DNA of 64,000 nucleotides from an uncultured Chloroflexia bacterium (GTDB lineage Bacteria > Chloroflexota > Limnocylindria > QHBO01): NCBI GenBank assembly GCA_963825525.1, contig CAWGTN010000002.1, positions 1,408,001-1,472,000 of the forward strand, written 5' to 3'. Both the position numbers and the translations under genes were made by a program. Below, in pieces: positions 22,661 to 33,591 of this stretch. The stretch's first letter is position 1. Each line of letters begins with the position of its first letter. The notes below the pieces were generated by a model. The model was not told the origin of the DNA and searched no databases. It saw nothing but the letters and a program-made list of their open reading frames with translations.

Positions 22661-23419
22661 ATGGCCACCAAGAGCGAGACCCAGACCGAGGCGACGTCCA
22701 AGGAGGACGAGCGTCGTCGGGGCGGCGACCGCCGAGCCGGCAAGACCCGCGTCGTCATCGTGGACGGCCACACGCTGTTCCGACGCGGCGTGCGACAGAT
22801 CCTTGAGCTCGAGAACGACATCGAGGTCGTCGGCGAGGCGGGCTCGGGCCGCGATGCCCTGTCCACCATCCAGGAGCTGACGCCCGACGTGGTGCTCATG
22901 GACCTGGGCCTCCCGGCGCCGAACGGCATCGAGACCACCCAGCGACTGAAGCGCGAGCTGCCGCACACCGGCGTCATCGTGCTCGCCAGCAATGACGACG
23001 AGGACCAGCTCTTCGACGCCATCAAGGCCGGCGCGGCGGCATACGTTCTCAAGGACATCGACCCCACCGACCTGATCGCGATCATCCGTCGCGTCCGCTC
23101 GGGCGAGTACCTCATCAACGACAAGGTCTTCGCCAAGCCGGCGGTCGCGTCGCGCGTGCTCAAGGAGTTCCGCGAGCTGGCCGTCTACGGGTCGGAGGCG
23201 CAGCCGATCTTCGCGCCGCTCTCACCCCGCGAGGTCGAGATCCTGGACAACATCGCCCAGGGCATGACGAACAAGCAGGTGGCCTACGCGCTGGGCATCA
23301 GCGAGCAGACCGTGAAGAACCACATGAGCTCCATCCTGCGCAAGCTCTCGGTCAACGACCGCACCCAGGCCGTGGTGTACGCCATGCGCCAGGGCTGGAT
23401 CAAGATCCCCGAGGATTGA
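22661..23419 (+). CDS. NarL/LuxR-family response regulator (DegU-like)
   Basis: Receiver PDVVLMD...YVLK; LuxR HTH LSPREVEIL..GMTNKQVA..TVKNH; GAGGAGGAG RBS. Confidence 0.95.
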   Translation: MATKSETQTEATSKEDERRRGGDRRAGKTRVVIVDGHTLFRRGVRQILELENDIEVVGEAGSGRDALSTIQELTPDVVLMDLGLPAPNGIETTQRLKRELPHTGVIVLASNDDEDQLFDAIKAGAAAYVLKDIDPTDLIAIIRRVRSGEYLINDKVFAKPAVASRVLKEFRELAVYGSEAQPIFAPLSPREVEILDNIAQGMTNKQVAYALGISEQTVKNHMSSILRKLSVNDRTQAVVYAMRQGWIKIPED

Positions 23420-23864
23420 ACCCGGGGCGTCACCATTGGCACGAGGGTCGCTCGCCGGAGCGGCCCTCTTGCTTGCCCGCCGCAAGTCCTGTGGCGGCGG
23501 TACGGGAGTTCCATTGGGGATTCGGGGTGCTCGACGTAGCGTTGCACCACGTCGTCACGGGTATCCGCGGCGGCCTTCATCCGAGGGGATCGGTGTCTTG
23601 GCACCGGTCCCCGGGTCTCCTCCTCCGGTGCCCAGGGGAGCCGCTCCGCAAGGGGCGGCTCTCCTGCGTTGAGGCCTGCAAACGTGTTGACCGCCGTCGA
23701 CCGAGGTGGATCGAGTGGGGTCTGGTGTATTGACAACTTCTGCCTGGCAGTCCACGGTACGGGGACCTGTCGGTGGAGAACGGGACCATTCGGCCATGTT
23801 CATTGCCGAACTGAGCCCGTACGCTGCCGACGCAAATCCTTCCGGAAAGGAGGTACGCACCCAA

Positions 23865-24050
23865 ATGGTCAAGCACTTCATCAGCACTCTTCTGGCTCGT
23901 TTCCAGAGCGAGGACGAGGAAGGTCAGACTCTCGTTGAGTACGGTCTGCTTCTCGCCCTCATCGCGATCATCGTGATCGTCGCCCTGCTGTTCCTGGGCC
24001 CGATCGTCAGCCAGCATCTTCAGCAACGTCGCGCGAACCAGCTCACGTAG
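23865..24050 (+). CDS. flp: Flp/Fap (type IVc) major pilin
   Basis: AGGAGG RBS; EEG|QTLVEYGLLLALIAIIVIV prepilin motif; C-terminus appears locally frameshifted. Confidence 0.92.
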   Translation: MVKHFISTLLARFQSEDEEGQTLVEYGLLLALIAIIVIVALLFLGPIVSQHLQQRRANQLT

Positions 24051-24069
24051 ACGCGTCAGTCCGATTACG

Positions 24070-24107
24070 AAGACCCCCGGGGCTTCAGGCTCCGGGGCGT
24101 CTTTCTT
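24070..24107 (+). terminator. Rho-independent terminator after flp
   Basis: AAGACCCCCGGGG...CTCCGGGGCGTCTT stem followed by a T-rich tail. Confidence 0.75.
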
Positions 24108-24274
24108 GTCCGGCGGCTCGGTCACGCCCGCCGAGTACCAGCGCAGGGACTAGCCCACAAGTCCAGTCGTAGCGGGTTGCCGCGCGTGCGTAGACTGTTG
24201 ACCGCAGTCACAACGCTGCCTGCACCGCGAACTCATTCCGTACTCAGTCCACCCGAGCTCAAAGGGGTATATTC

Positions 24275-25185
24275 GTGAAGCGATCGAATCGCCTCGTCAT
24301 CCTGGTCGGCGTTCTGCTCGCCGTCCTTGCCTTCGTTGCCATCGTGATCCTGCTCAACCAGCGCGAAGAGGCCGTGGTTCCGGAGGAGGTCACCGAGACG
24401 GTTCTCGTCGCCACCCAGGACATCGACATCGGCGATCCGGTCACGCCCGACCTCGTGGAGGCCCAGGAGGTCCAGCCCGACGCGGTCCAGGGGACGCCAC
24501 TCACCGACGCTTCGGCCGTCTCCGGGCAGCCCGCCCTCTTTGCGATCCCCGAGGGATCCCAGGTAACGGGCTGAGGTCATCGGCGCAGGTCGGCGACGGC
24601 GTCATCTGCATCAAGTGCCAGCTCGAGCCCGGTGAGAAGGCGATTGCCTTCCAGGTGGATCGGGCAACCGGCCTCGACTTCCTGGTCAAGCCGGGCGACA
24701 CCATCGACATCGTCGTCTCGCAGCTCATCAACGTGCTGCAGGAGACGGCCGACAGTGCCGCCGAACGCCGACGAGAACGCGCCGCCGCGCTTCGAGGCCA
24801 TCCCCGGCCTGGAGGCCGCACGGTCAGTCAAGGCCATCCTCCAGAACAAGCGCGTCCTCTACGTCAGCGCAACCCGGGCGATCGCGCCCGAGCCCGTTGA
24901 CACGAACAACGACGGCGTCGATCGACGAGCTCGATGAGCAGCCCGCTGCTGCCGGCCATCGACAGCGTGATCATCGTCTTCGCGGGCACCGCCCAGGACG
25001 CGGAGGTCATCAAGTTCGCGCAGAACGACTTCAACGAGATCGGACCGCTGACCGCGATCGTCCGCAACGCTGACGATGATGCCGTCGAAGAGACGCTCGG
25101 CATCACCATCGACCAGCTGGTGAGCGAGTTCGGCCTTCGCATCCCGAACATCGTCGAGCAGCTCAACGAGGAGGCGGCCCCGTAG
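24275..25185 (+). CDS. cpaB: CpaB/RcpC pilus assembly protein (SAF domain; frameshifted)
   Basis: N-terminal TM, VLVATQDI (SAF), KPGDTIDI and ILQNKRVL; position in the tad operon. Confidence 0.82.
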
Positions 25186-25225
25186 AGAGGCCGACGCCTC
25201 CCTACGGTCGCCCGGAGACCCAGCC

Positions 25226-26465
25226 ATGATCAAGGTCCTCATCGTCGACGACATTCCCGAGACGCGCGACCATCTGTCGCGCCTCCTGGGGCTGGAACGC
25301 GAGATCGACGTGGCCGGCACCGCCGGCTCCGGCGAGCAGGCGATCCAGCTGTCGATGGAGATGCGGCCGGACATCATCGTCATGGACATCAACATGCCCG
25401 GCATGGACGGCATCGACGCTGCGGAGGTCATCTCCCAGCGTCTGCCGAACAGCCCGATCATCATGATGAGCGTCCATGGCGAGGCCGAGCAGCTCAAGCG
25501 AGCCATGCTGGCCGGCGCCCGGGAGTTCCTCGTCAAGCCGTTCAGCGGCGACGAGTTCGCCACGTCCATCAAGCGCGTCCACGAGCGTGAGCTCGGACGG
25601 CGCGAGCAGCTCCAGGCCACGGCCGGGATGACAACCCCGACGCCGAACGAGGGCGCGAGGCGCCGATGACCACCAGGTCATCGCCGTCTTCTCGCCCAAG
25701 GGCGGCGCCGGGCGAACCACCCTGGCCACGAACCTGGCTCTCGCCCTGAAGCGAGAGACCAACCAGCGCGTTGCGCTGGTCGATGCCAACCTCCAGTTCG
25801 GCGACGTCGGCGTCCTGCTCAACCTCAACCCGAAGAACCGGTCCGTCGTGGACGCGGTCGAGGGCGGTGAGCCGGACCGCGACATCGTCGAGTCCGTGAT
25901 GGTCGACCACTCCACCGGGATCCGCGTGCTCCTTGCACCGCCGTCCCCGGAGGGAGCGGACCTCGTCACGGCGCCCTTCATGCGAAAGATCATCGAGGGG
26001 CTGCGTGAGACTCACGATTGGGTCGTGGTCGACCTGCCATCGGGCCTCAATGATCACACCCTGGGAATCCTGGACGCGGCCGACCAGGTCATGGTCGTGG
26101 CGGCGCTCGAGATCACCACGATCAAGAACGTTCGCCTCTTCCTGGAGGTCGCGGATCAGCTCGAGTACGAGCGCTCGAAGATCCGGCTGGTCATCAACCG
26201 CTCGGATGCCTCACAGGGCATCCGAATCGCCGACGTCGAGGCGTCCATCCGGCGTTCGATCGACGGAACCATCGTGTCGGACGGACGGCTTGCCGTGCTC
26301 GCAGTGAATCGCGGCGTCCCATTCGTCGTATCGCATCCAGAGTCGCCGCTCTCGCGCGACGTCATCGCACTCGCCCGCAAGATCGCCGGCGAGGGATCCA
26401 TCACCCAAGCCCCAACCCCAAAGACCGATAAGGCCGCAAAGCGCGGACTCTTCGCACGTCGCTGA
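25226..26465 (+). CDS. cpaE: receiver domain + MinD/ParA ATPase (CpaE/TadZ; frameshift near 25660)
   Basis: IKVLIVDD...MDINMP receiver; SPKGGAGRTT deviant P-loop; DANLQFGD. Confidence 0.88.
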
Positions 26466-26487
26466 GCTGATTGGAAGGACGCAGCAC

Positions 26488-27936
26488 ATGTCATTGCTGA
26501 AGCGAATCGAGCGGGCCCGTCCCGCTGCCGAGGGGGAGTCGCCGGAGCCCGCTGTCCCGGCTGCCGTCCCGCCCACGGGCGAGGCTCCCCAGTCGCCGGC
26601 GCCGACACCGGGTGGTTCACCCACGACGCCGCCGCCCGCGGCACCCGCGTCGCGCTTCGCCGGGGCGATGCCGGCTCGGGAATCGTTCCGAGAAGCGAAG
26701 TTCCGCGTCCAGAATCGGCTCATCAACGAGCTGGATCCGAAGCTCGACCTGACGAACCAGGTCGAGGTCCGGCGCCAGATCGAGGAGCTCTTCGGCAAGA
26801 TCGCGGACGAGGAGGGCCTGGCCCTCACCCGTGCCGAGCGCGTCCGAATGCTCGAGCAGATCACGGACGAGATCCTGGGCCTCGGCCCGCTGGAGCCGCT
26901 GCTGCGCGACGAGACCCTCACCGAGGTGATGGTCAACGGGCCACAGCAGGTCTACATCGAGCGCGACGGCAAGCTGGAGCTCACCAACGTGACGTTCCAG
27001 AACGACGAGCACGTCATGAAGATCATTCAGCGCATCATCGCGCCGATCGGCCGTCGCGTGGACGAGTCGAGCCCCATGGTGGACGCCCGCCTGGCCGATG
27101 GCTCCCGCGTGAACGCCATCATCCCGCCGCTCTCGCTGGTGGGACCGGTCATCACGATTCGAAAGTTCTCCGCCACGCCGTTCACGGTCGACGACCTCAT
27201 CCGGTTCGGCACCGCCACCCCGGAGATGTTCGAGTTCCTGGAGGCCTGCGTGAAGGCCCGCCTCAACATCTTCGTCTCCGGCGGTACCGGCTCCGGCAAG
27301 ACGACCATGCTCAACATCCTCAGCTCCTTCATCCCCGATGACGAGCGGATCGTCACCGTGGAGGACGCCGCCGAGCTCCAGCTGCGGCAGGAGCACGTCA
27401 TCACCCTCGAGGCTCGACCGTCGAACATCGAGGGCAAGGGCGCCATCCCGATTCGCGAGCTCGTCCGCAACTCGCTGCGCATGCGGCCCGACCGCATCGT
27501 GGTCGGAGAGTGCCGTTCGGGCGAGGCGCTGGACATGCTCCAGGCCATGAACACGGGCCACGACGGCTCGATGTCCACCGGCCACGCCAACACCCCGCGC
27601 GACATGCTGAGCCGTCTCGAGACCATGGTGCTCATGTCCGGCATGGACCTGCCGTTGAAGGCCATCCGCGAGCAGATCGCCTCGGCGGTGGACCTCATCG
27701 TCCATCAGAACCGCCTGAAGGACGGCCAGCGCAAGATCACGAACATCACCGAGGTCCAGGGCATGGAAGGTGACGTCATCGTCATGCAGGACGTCTTCGT
27801 GTTCGAGCAGACCGACGTGGTCGAGGGCAAGATCCAGGGTCAGCTGAAGCCGACCGGGATTCGCCCGCACTTCGTCGAGCGGTTCGAGACGGCCGGCATC
27901 CACCTCCCGCCGAACATCTTCGGGTCGCCGTTCTGA
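26488..27936 (+). CDS. cpaF: Tad pilus assembly ATPase CpaF/TadA
   Basis: GGTGSGKTT, EDAAEL, LRMRPDRIVVGECR and MNTGHDG. Confidence 0.97.
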   Translation: MSLLKRIERARPAAEGESPEPAVPAAVPPTGEAPQSPAPTPGGSPTTPPPAAPASRFAGAMPARESFREAKFRVQNRLINELDPKLDLTNQVEVRRQIEELFGKIADEEGLALTRAERVRMLEQITDEILGLGPLEPLLRDETLTEVMVNGPQQVYIERDGKLELTNVTFQNDEHVMKIIQRIIAPIGRRVDESSPMVDARLADGSRVNAIIPPLSLVGPVITIRKFSATPFTVDDLIRFGTATPEMFEFLEACVKARLNIFVSGGTGSGKTTMLNILSSFIPDDERIVTVEDAAELQLRQEHVITLEARPSNIEGKGAIPIRELVRNSLRMRPDRIVVGECRSGEALDMLQAMNTGHDGSMSTGHANTPRDMLSRLETMVLMSGMDLPLKAIREQIASAVDLIVHQNRLKDGQRKITNITEVQGMEGDVIVMQDVFVFEQTDVVEGKIQGQLKPTGIRPHFVERFETAGIHLPPNIFGSPF

Positions 27937-28923
27937 TGCTGCCCATCATCATCGCGGGCCTCGCCGCGCTCGCCGTCGTCGTCATCGCCATCGGCATCTC
28001 GATGAGCGCCGGCGGTGGCGCGGTCGCGTCTCGGCTCGAGCGCTACGCCTCGGCAGGTGGCGGTGAGGCGGCCGAAGGTGGCGAGCGCGAGTCGGCGGTC
28101 GTCGCCGGGCTCTCGCGCGTCATGGAGCGGCAGGACCTCTCCACCCGCCTGGCCACCGACCTCGCTCGGGCCGACCTGAAGATGCGGCCGGCCGAGTTCG
28201 TCATCCTCTGGATGGTGACGCCCATCCTCTTCGTCGGCGCCGCGTTCGTCATCGGCATCGTCTTCCCGGGCTTCCAGAACATCGTCGCCCTCGTCGGCAT
28301 CTTCCTGCTTGGCATGTATGCGCCCCGCTGGTACATCAAGCGACGCCAGGCCAAGCGCATCCAGGCGTTCGGCGAGCAGCTGCCGGACACGATCACCCTG
28401 CTTGCGAACTCGCTTCGGGCGGGATCGTCGTTCCTCCAGGGCATCGAGCTCGTCACCCGCGAGGCGCGACCGCCGATCAGCGAGGAGTTCGAGCGCGTCG
28501 TGCGCGACATGCAGCTGGGCATGGCCCTCCAGCCGGCGCTCAACAACCTCGTCCGGCGCGTGGCGTCGGAGGACCTCGAGCTGATGGTCACCGCCATCCA
28601 GATCCAGAGCCAGGTCGGCGGCAACCTCGCCACCGTCCTCGACTCGATCGCGTACACCATCCGCGAGCGGATCCGGATCAAGGGCGAGATCAACACCCTG
28701 ACGGCCATGCAGCGCTACTAGCGGCTACGTCATCACCCTGCTGCCCGGTCGGCTCTGGCCGGGATCCTGTTCCTCATCAGCCCGCGCTACATCACGGCAA
28801 TGCTCGAGACGCCCCCGGAGATGTTCGGGCTGCCGATGGGCGTCATCTTCTTCACGATCGGCCTCATCAGCATGGGCATCGGCTACGTGCTTCATCCGCC
28901 GCATCGTCGATATCAAGGTGTAA
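27936..28923 (+). CDS. tadB: TadB (T2SS-F domain) platform protein (frameshifted C-terminus)
   Basis: QLPD..LANSLRAG and QVGGNLA; follows cpaF. Confidence 0.9.
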
Positions 28924-29849
28924 TGCAGATGCCCCCCGAGATCATCATCGCCATCCTGGCCGCAGGCGCCGTCCTGCTGATCACCTACGGCGTCGCGGCG
29001 CGCCCGATCCGAGGATGCCGTCCAGGCACGCCTCTCGCAGCTCGTGGTCCAGCCGCGCACCGTCGAGGAGATGGAGCTCCAGCAGCCGTTCTACGAGCGC
29101 ATGGTTCGACCCATGATCCAGCGCCTGGCTCGTGCCGGTCGCCGCCAGGAAGGCGGCATGATCCAGCGCGTCGACGCGAAATTGGAGAGGGCCGGCTATC
29201 CCGGCGGCCTGCGCGGCGCCGACTGGATCGGCGTGAAGCTCATGTCGGCCATCGGCTTCGCCGTCGATCTTCTTCCTGCTCGGCACGTTCGTCCTCGGCT
29301 CGCCGGTCCTCGGCCTGCTGATGATCGCGGTCGGCGGGGCGGTCGGCTTCATCGCTCCCGAGTTCTGGCTCGGGCAAGAAGGCCGCCGCCCGATCGATGG
29401 CCATGGTCCTCCAGCTGCCGGACGCCCTCGACCTCCTGACCATCTCGGTCGAGGCCGGCCTGGGATTCGACGCGGCGCTGGCCAAGGTCGTCGAGAAGAT
29501 GGAGGGCCCGCTGGTCGACGAGTTCCGCCAGGCCCTGGCGGAGGTCCGCATGGGTCGTGCCCGACGTGACGCGCTGCGCGACGTCGCCAACCGCGCCGAT
29601 GCCCAGCCGGTGAGCAACTTCGTCGGCGCCATCGTCCAGGCCGAGCAGCTCGGCGTGCCGATCGCCAAGGTGCTCCAGATCCAGTCGAACCAGCTGCGCA
29701 TCGAGCGCCGGCAGCGAGCCGAGGAGGCCGCCGCCAAGGCGCCGGTCAAGATGCTCTTCCCGATGGTCGGCTGCATCTTCCCCACGATCTTCATCGTCAT
29801 CCTCGGGCCGGCGGTCGTGACGGTCATGGGCGGCGGGACCGGGATCTAG
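28923..29849 (+). CDS. tadC: TadC platform protein (frameshifted)
   Basis: LPDALDLLTISVEAGLGFD and AEEAAAKAPVKMLFP. Confidence 0.9.
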
Positions 29850-29852
29850 CTG

Positions 29853-30567
29853 ATGCTTCCGCCGGTCCGTCCGGCCGTCCTGCTGGTCGACGACGACCTG
29901 ACGCTGCTGTCCGTCCTCTCGCGCCGCGTGAGCCGGGCCGGCTACGACGTCCGCACCGCCAACTCGGGTCGTACGGCGCTCAAGCTGCTCGAGGAGTCGT
30001 GGCCGGCGCTGCTGGTGATCGACCTCATGATGCCCGGCATGGACGGCTTCGAGCTGGCCCGCCGGGTGAAGCAGCTCGCCGACCTGCCGATCATCGTCCT
30101 CTCGGCCGTTGACGGCTCGGAGGCCAAGGTCACCGCGCTCGAGCTGTACGCCGAGGACTACGTCACCAAGCCCTTCGACCCGGACGAGCTCGTGGCCCGC
30201 ATCCAGCGCATCCTGCGCCGCGCCTCGGTCGGCAGCCCCCAGATCTCCCTTGCCGATGGCGACGTGGAGGTCGACCTGGCGACCCGGCGCCTCACCACGC
30301 CGGCCGGCACCCATCAGCTGACGCCGACGGAGGCGCGCCTGCTCCAGGTGCTCGCCTCGTCCGTCGACCGAGTGGTGCCGACCGACGAGCTCCTGAGTCG
30401 CGTCTGGACCGACGCCGATGGCGCCGACCCCTCGTACCTGTGGGTCACCGTCCGGCGCCTGCGCCGCAAGCTCGAGAGCCGATCCGGACCGCCCGCAGCA
30501 CCTCATCACCGAGCGAGGCATCGGCTACCGCCTGACCTCGATCGCGACGCCGGCCACCCGGGCCTGA
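29853..30567 (+). CDS. OmpR/PhoB-family response regulator
   Basis: VLLVDDD, DLMMP and TKPF; winged HTH LTPTE..LRRKLE; ERGIGYR read after a frameshift near 30480. Confidence 0.9.
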
Positions 30568-30572
30568 GCGCC

Positions 30573-32050
30573 ATGCCCCAGCTCGGGCCGTGGCTGCGCG
30601 TCGCCGGCGCATTGCTCCTGGCGGTCCTGCCGCCGCTCCTGCTCCTCACAGCCTCGCTCCTGCTGGCGGAAACCGTGCTCACGAACACGGATCCCAGCCT
30701 CATCGCGGGCTTCGTGGTGCTGACGGCCATCGCCTGGTCGCTGGCCCTGGCCATCGTCTACTCCCGCGGACTGGCGGAGGATGTCCGGTCCCTGCTTGCA
30801 CTGGCCGAACGGGGCGATCGAAGTCCCGATGCGTCGCTGGACGACGCCTACCGGCAGCTTGCCGGCACGCTGGACGAGCGCAACCGGCAGGTCGCCGCCC
30901 TGGCCACCGAATCCGCCCGCGTGCCGATTGATGAGTCCCCGCGCATGGTCGTGGCGGCCGTCGTGGCCTCCGTGCGCGAGGTGACCGGGGACGCCACCTG
31001 GCGTTGCGCGGTCCTGGCGTCGGAGAGCGAGGATCTCCTGCCGCCCGGCACCTACCACGCGCCCGCCGATCCGCTGGACGTGGAGCCGATCAGCGAGCTC
31101 GAGCAATGGGCCGCAGTTGCCGGCTCCCAGGAACCTGCCAGCCGCGTCGAGGGGCCATGGGGCGCCTTCCTGGTCGTCGGCCTTGCCGCCACCGACCGCC
31201 TGCGCGCCATCCTCTACGCCCCGGCCGAGGGCCGGCCGCCACCCACGCCCGCGGAGGTGAACCTCCTGACCCTGGTCGGGCAGCACGCGGCCACCGCGCT
31301 GGATCACTCGCTCCTGTACACGCGGGTGCGCAGCCAGGCGGACGAGCTGGACCGCATGGCCGCTGGTGCAGGCGGACTTCCTGCGCGGCGTGACCCACGA
31401 TCTCCAGACACCACTGACCAGCATCGCCGCGCTGGCCACCGAGATGCGCGCAAACCCGGAGATCCCCGAGCAGTCTCGATCCGACCTCGATGGAATCAGC
31501 CACCAGGCCGAGCGGCTGCGACGCATGGTGAGCCAGCTGCTCGTGGCCTCGCGACTCGAGGCCGGCGTCCTGACCGCCGAGCAGGAGGTCTTCGCGCTCC
31601 CGCCCGTGATCGAACGCACGTGGGCGGCACTGCGGGCGGACCGGCCGTTCGAGCTGGTCGTGGACGGGGCTCCGCACCTTGCGGTTGCCGATCCCGATCG
31701 GCTCGAGCAGGTCCTGTGGGCCACGCTGGACAACGCCGTCAAGTACAGCCCGGAGGGCTCTCCGGTCACGGTGACTGTCCGACCGGATGGAGTGGACCAG
31801 CTCACCATCACGATCAGCGATCGCGGGGTCGGCATGGATGCCGAGACCAGCACCCAGGCCTTTGACCAGTTCTTCCGGGCGAGCCAGGCACGCAAGCTGG
31901 CGCCCGGATGGAAGCGGCGTGGGCCTGTATGCCGCGCGGGGTCTGATGGAGACCATGGGTGGATCGGTCGAGATCGAATCCACCCTGGGCACCGGAACCT
32001 CGGTCGTGCTCCACGTTCCCGCCGAGGCCGCCGAGGACACCGGCGCCTGA
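30573..32050 (+). CDS. membrane sensor histidine kinase (2 TM, GAF-like, HisKA, HATPase; frameshifted)
   Basis: VTHDLQTPLT, DNAVKYS, DRGVG and GSGVGL. Confidence 0.88.
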
Positions 32051-32057
32051 ACACGGA

Positions 32058-32088
32058 ACGAGGGCGGTGCTCCGTGCACCGCCCTCGT
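32058..32088. terminator. hairpin between convergent genes
   Basis: Perfect 13-bp stem ACGAGGGCGGTGC/GCACCGCCCTCGT. Confidence 0.65.
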
Positions 32089-32109
32089 CTCGGTTGATCT
32101 CCGGTTGAG

Positions 32110-33115
32110 CTACCTGGTGAGGCCGATGAAGTTCGTCCTCGAGTAGCAGTCGGATCGGTCCGGTTGCACGGCGGCGTGCCGTATCCGGCCGGGACCCCCG
32201 GCAGCGCGTAGAACTCCACGAAGTGGCCCTGGATCTTCGACGCGTGGATGTCGTACGACGTGAGCGAGAACGCGGCCAGGGTAATGACCTCGTAGTTCAG
32301 GCCGGACCCTCCATGCCCGCCGGTCTGCGTCCAGACCGGGATGAGCACGGTCTCGCCGATCAGCGCATCGAGGCACGCCCGCACTTCACTCTTGTTCATG
32401 TTGCCGGGCGCACCCTCCAGCCACAATGGGAACTCCATGGCGGGGTTGTCCGGGGTGCACATGCTGTTCGCAAGGGTGCCGGCGTCAGTTCGCCCCGCTC
32501 CAGGTCAGGAAACCGAAGTTGCCCGGTCCATGGGTGCCCTCGGTCAGCTCGTACTCGATTCCAGCCTGGTAGTCGGAATCGAACGTGGTGATCGGGAGGA
32601 GGATCCCGGACGGGGCTTCATTGAGGATGCCGGAGGTCATCGCCGTCGCGTCGGTCGCGACATCGACCTTCGAGATGCCGACGACCCGCATGAAGAACGT
32701 GTCGGCCGGAGCTCGAGGTATCCACCCGGATCCCCTGCGCGCCGGCCGGGATCGAGCCCGCATTCGTCACCGCACCGAGGTCGATCTCGATTCCGGGGTT
32801 GGCTCCCGGCTTGACGTACTCGGCCGACCAGTCGCAGCCATCGGCGGCTACGCAGCCATTGTTGACCGTGCTGGCCGCGGTCGCCGTGTAGACGTCCGCG
32901 CCGGTGCGCCCGCCATCCAGGTAATGGTCCGCGATGACCTTGGTCCCTGCCATGGAGGCAAGGTCCGCGACGTTCTGCATCGAGCGCCGCTCGCGATAGC
33001 CGACACCCGTGTCGATCACGAGCCCTGCGATGAGGAGGAAAACGATCATTCCGCCGGCCACCATCACCAGGATCTGGCCGGTCTCGTCGTCTCGGTGACG
33101 AAGTCGATTCCACAT
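32110..33115 (-). CDS. tadG: TadG-like minor pilin, cassette 1 (frameshifted)
   Basis: ETG|QILVMVAGG...IDTG...QNVADLASMAG Tad_N motif. Confidence 0.8.
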
Positions 33116-33174
33116 GGAAGTGATTCCTTTCAGGGTTGAGACCGGCCAAAGAGTCCGGAGGTTGTTGCTGTCCA

Positions 33175-33591
33175 TCAGTTGTTCACGATCGCTTCGGATC
33201 GCGCCTCGAGGTGAAGGGTGCCCACGATCTGGCCGATGATCGGCGTGATCATCGAGAGGTCGGCCTTGGCCTCGACGACCAGGATGTCGTCGACCGTGCA
33301 GCCGTAGGCACCCGCCGCGGTGCAGCTCGCGGTGACGGTTGGATTGCGCACCGCCTCGAGGAGGCTGATGACGTGCGCCTCGACCCCGGCGCGGGTCGTG
33401 TCATCGAAGGCACGCGCCTGGACCGATCCGTACCGAGCGCCTTCGCGTGCCCCCTCGGAGAGGGTGTTGTAGGTGTAGACGGCACGGCCCAGGTCGATCA
33501 GGCCGAAGATGATGAGGAAGAAGATCGGGAGAGCGAGGGCAAGCTCGACCATCGCCTGGCCGCGCCGCCCCTCCTTGCGCTTGCGAATCAT
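33175..33591 (-). CDS. tadE: TadE-like minor pilin, cassette 1
   Basis: RG|QAMVELALALP..IDLGR..AREGAR. Confidence 0.88.
   Translation of the reverse strand: MIRKRKEGRRGQAMVELALALPIFFLIIFGLIDLGRAVYTYNTLSEGAREGARYGSVQARAFDDTTRAGVEAHVISLLEAVRNPTVTASCTAAGAYGCTVDDILVVEAKADLSMITPIIGQIVGTLHLEARSEAIVNN

Noticed and set aside
23730-23758. sigma70 promoter for flp (TTGACA at 23730)
   Set aside because: The -35 is perfect but there is no convincing -10 at 16-18 bp, so it is not called.
29853-31865. 670-aa response regulator-sensor fusion shown in the ORF track
   Set aside because: An indel near 30480 bypasses the regulator's natural ...ERGIGYR end (stop at 30567). The kinase has its own ATG at 30573.
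2334-33115. Mass pseudogenisation or programmed frameshifting
   Set aside because: The indels are scattered, often compensating, leave catalytic motifs intact and show no consistent slippery sites. Sequencing or consensus error is the simplest explanation; read polishing would decide.
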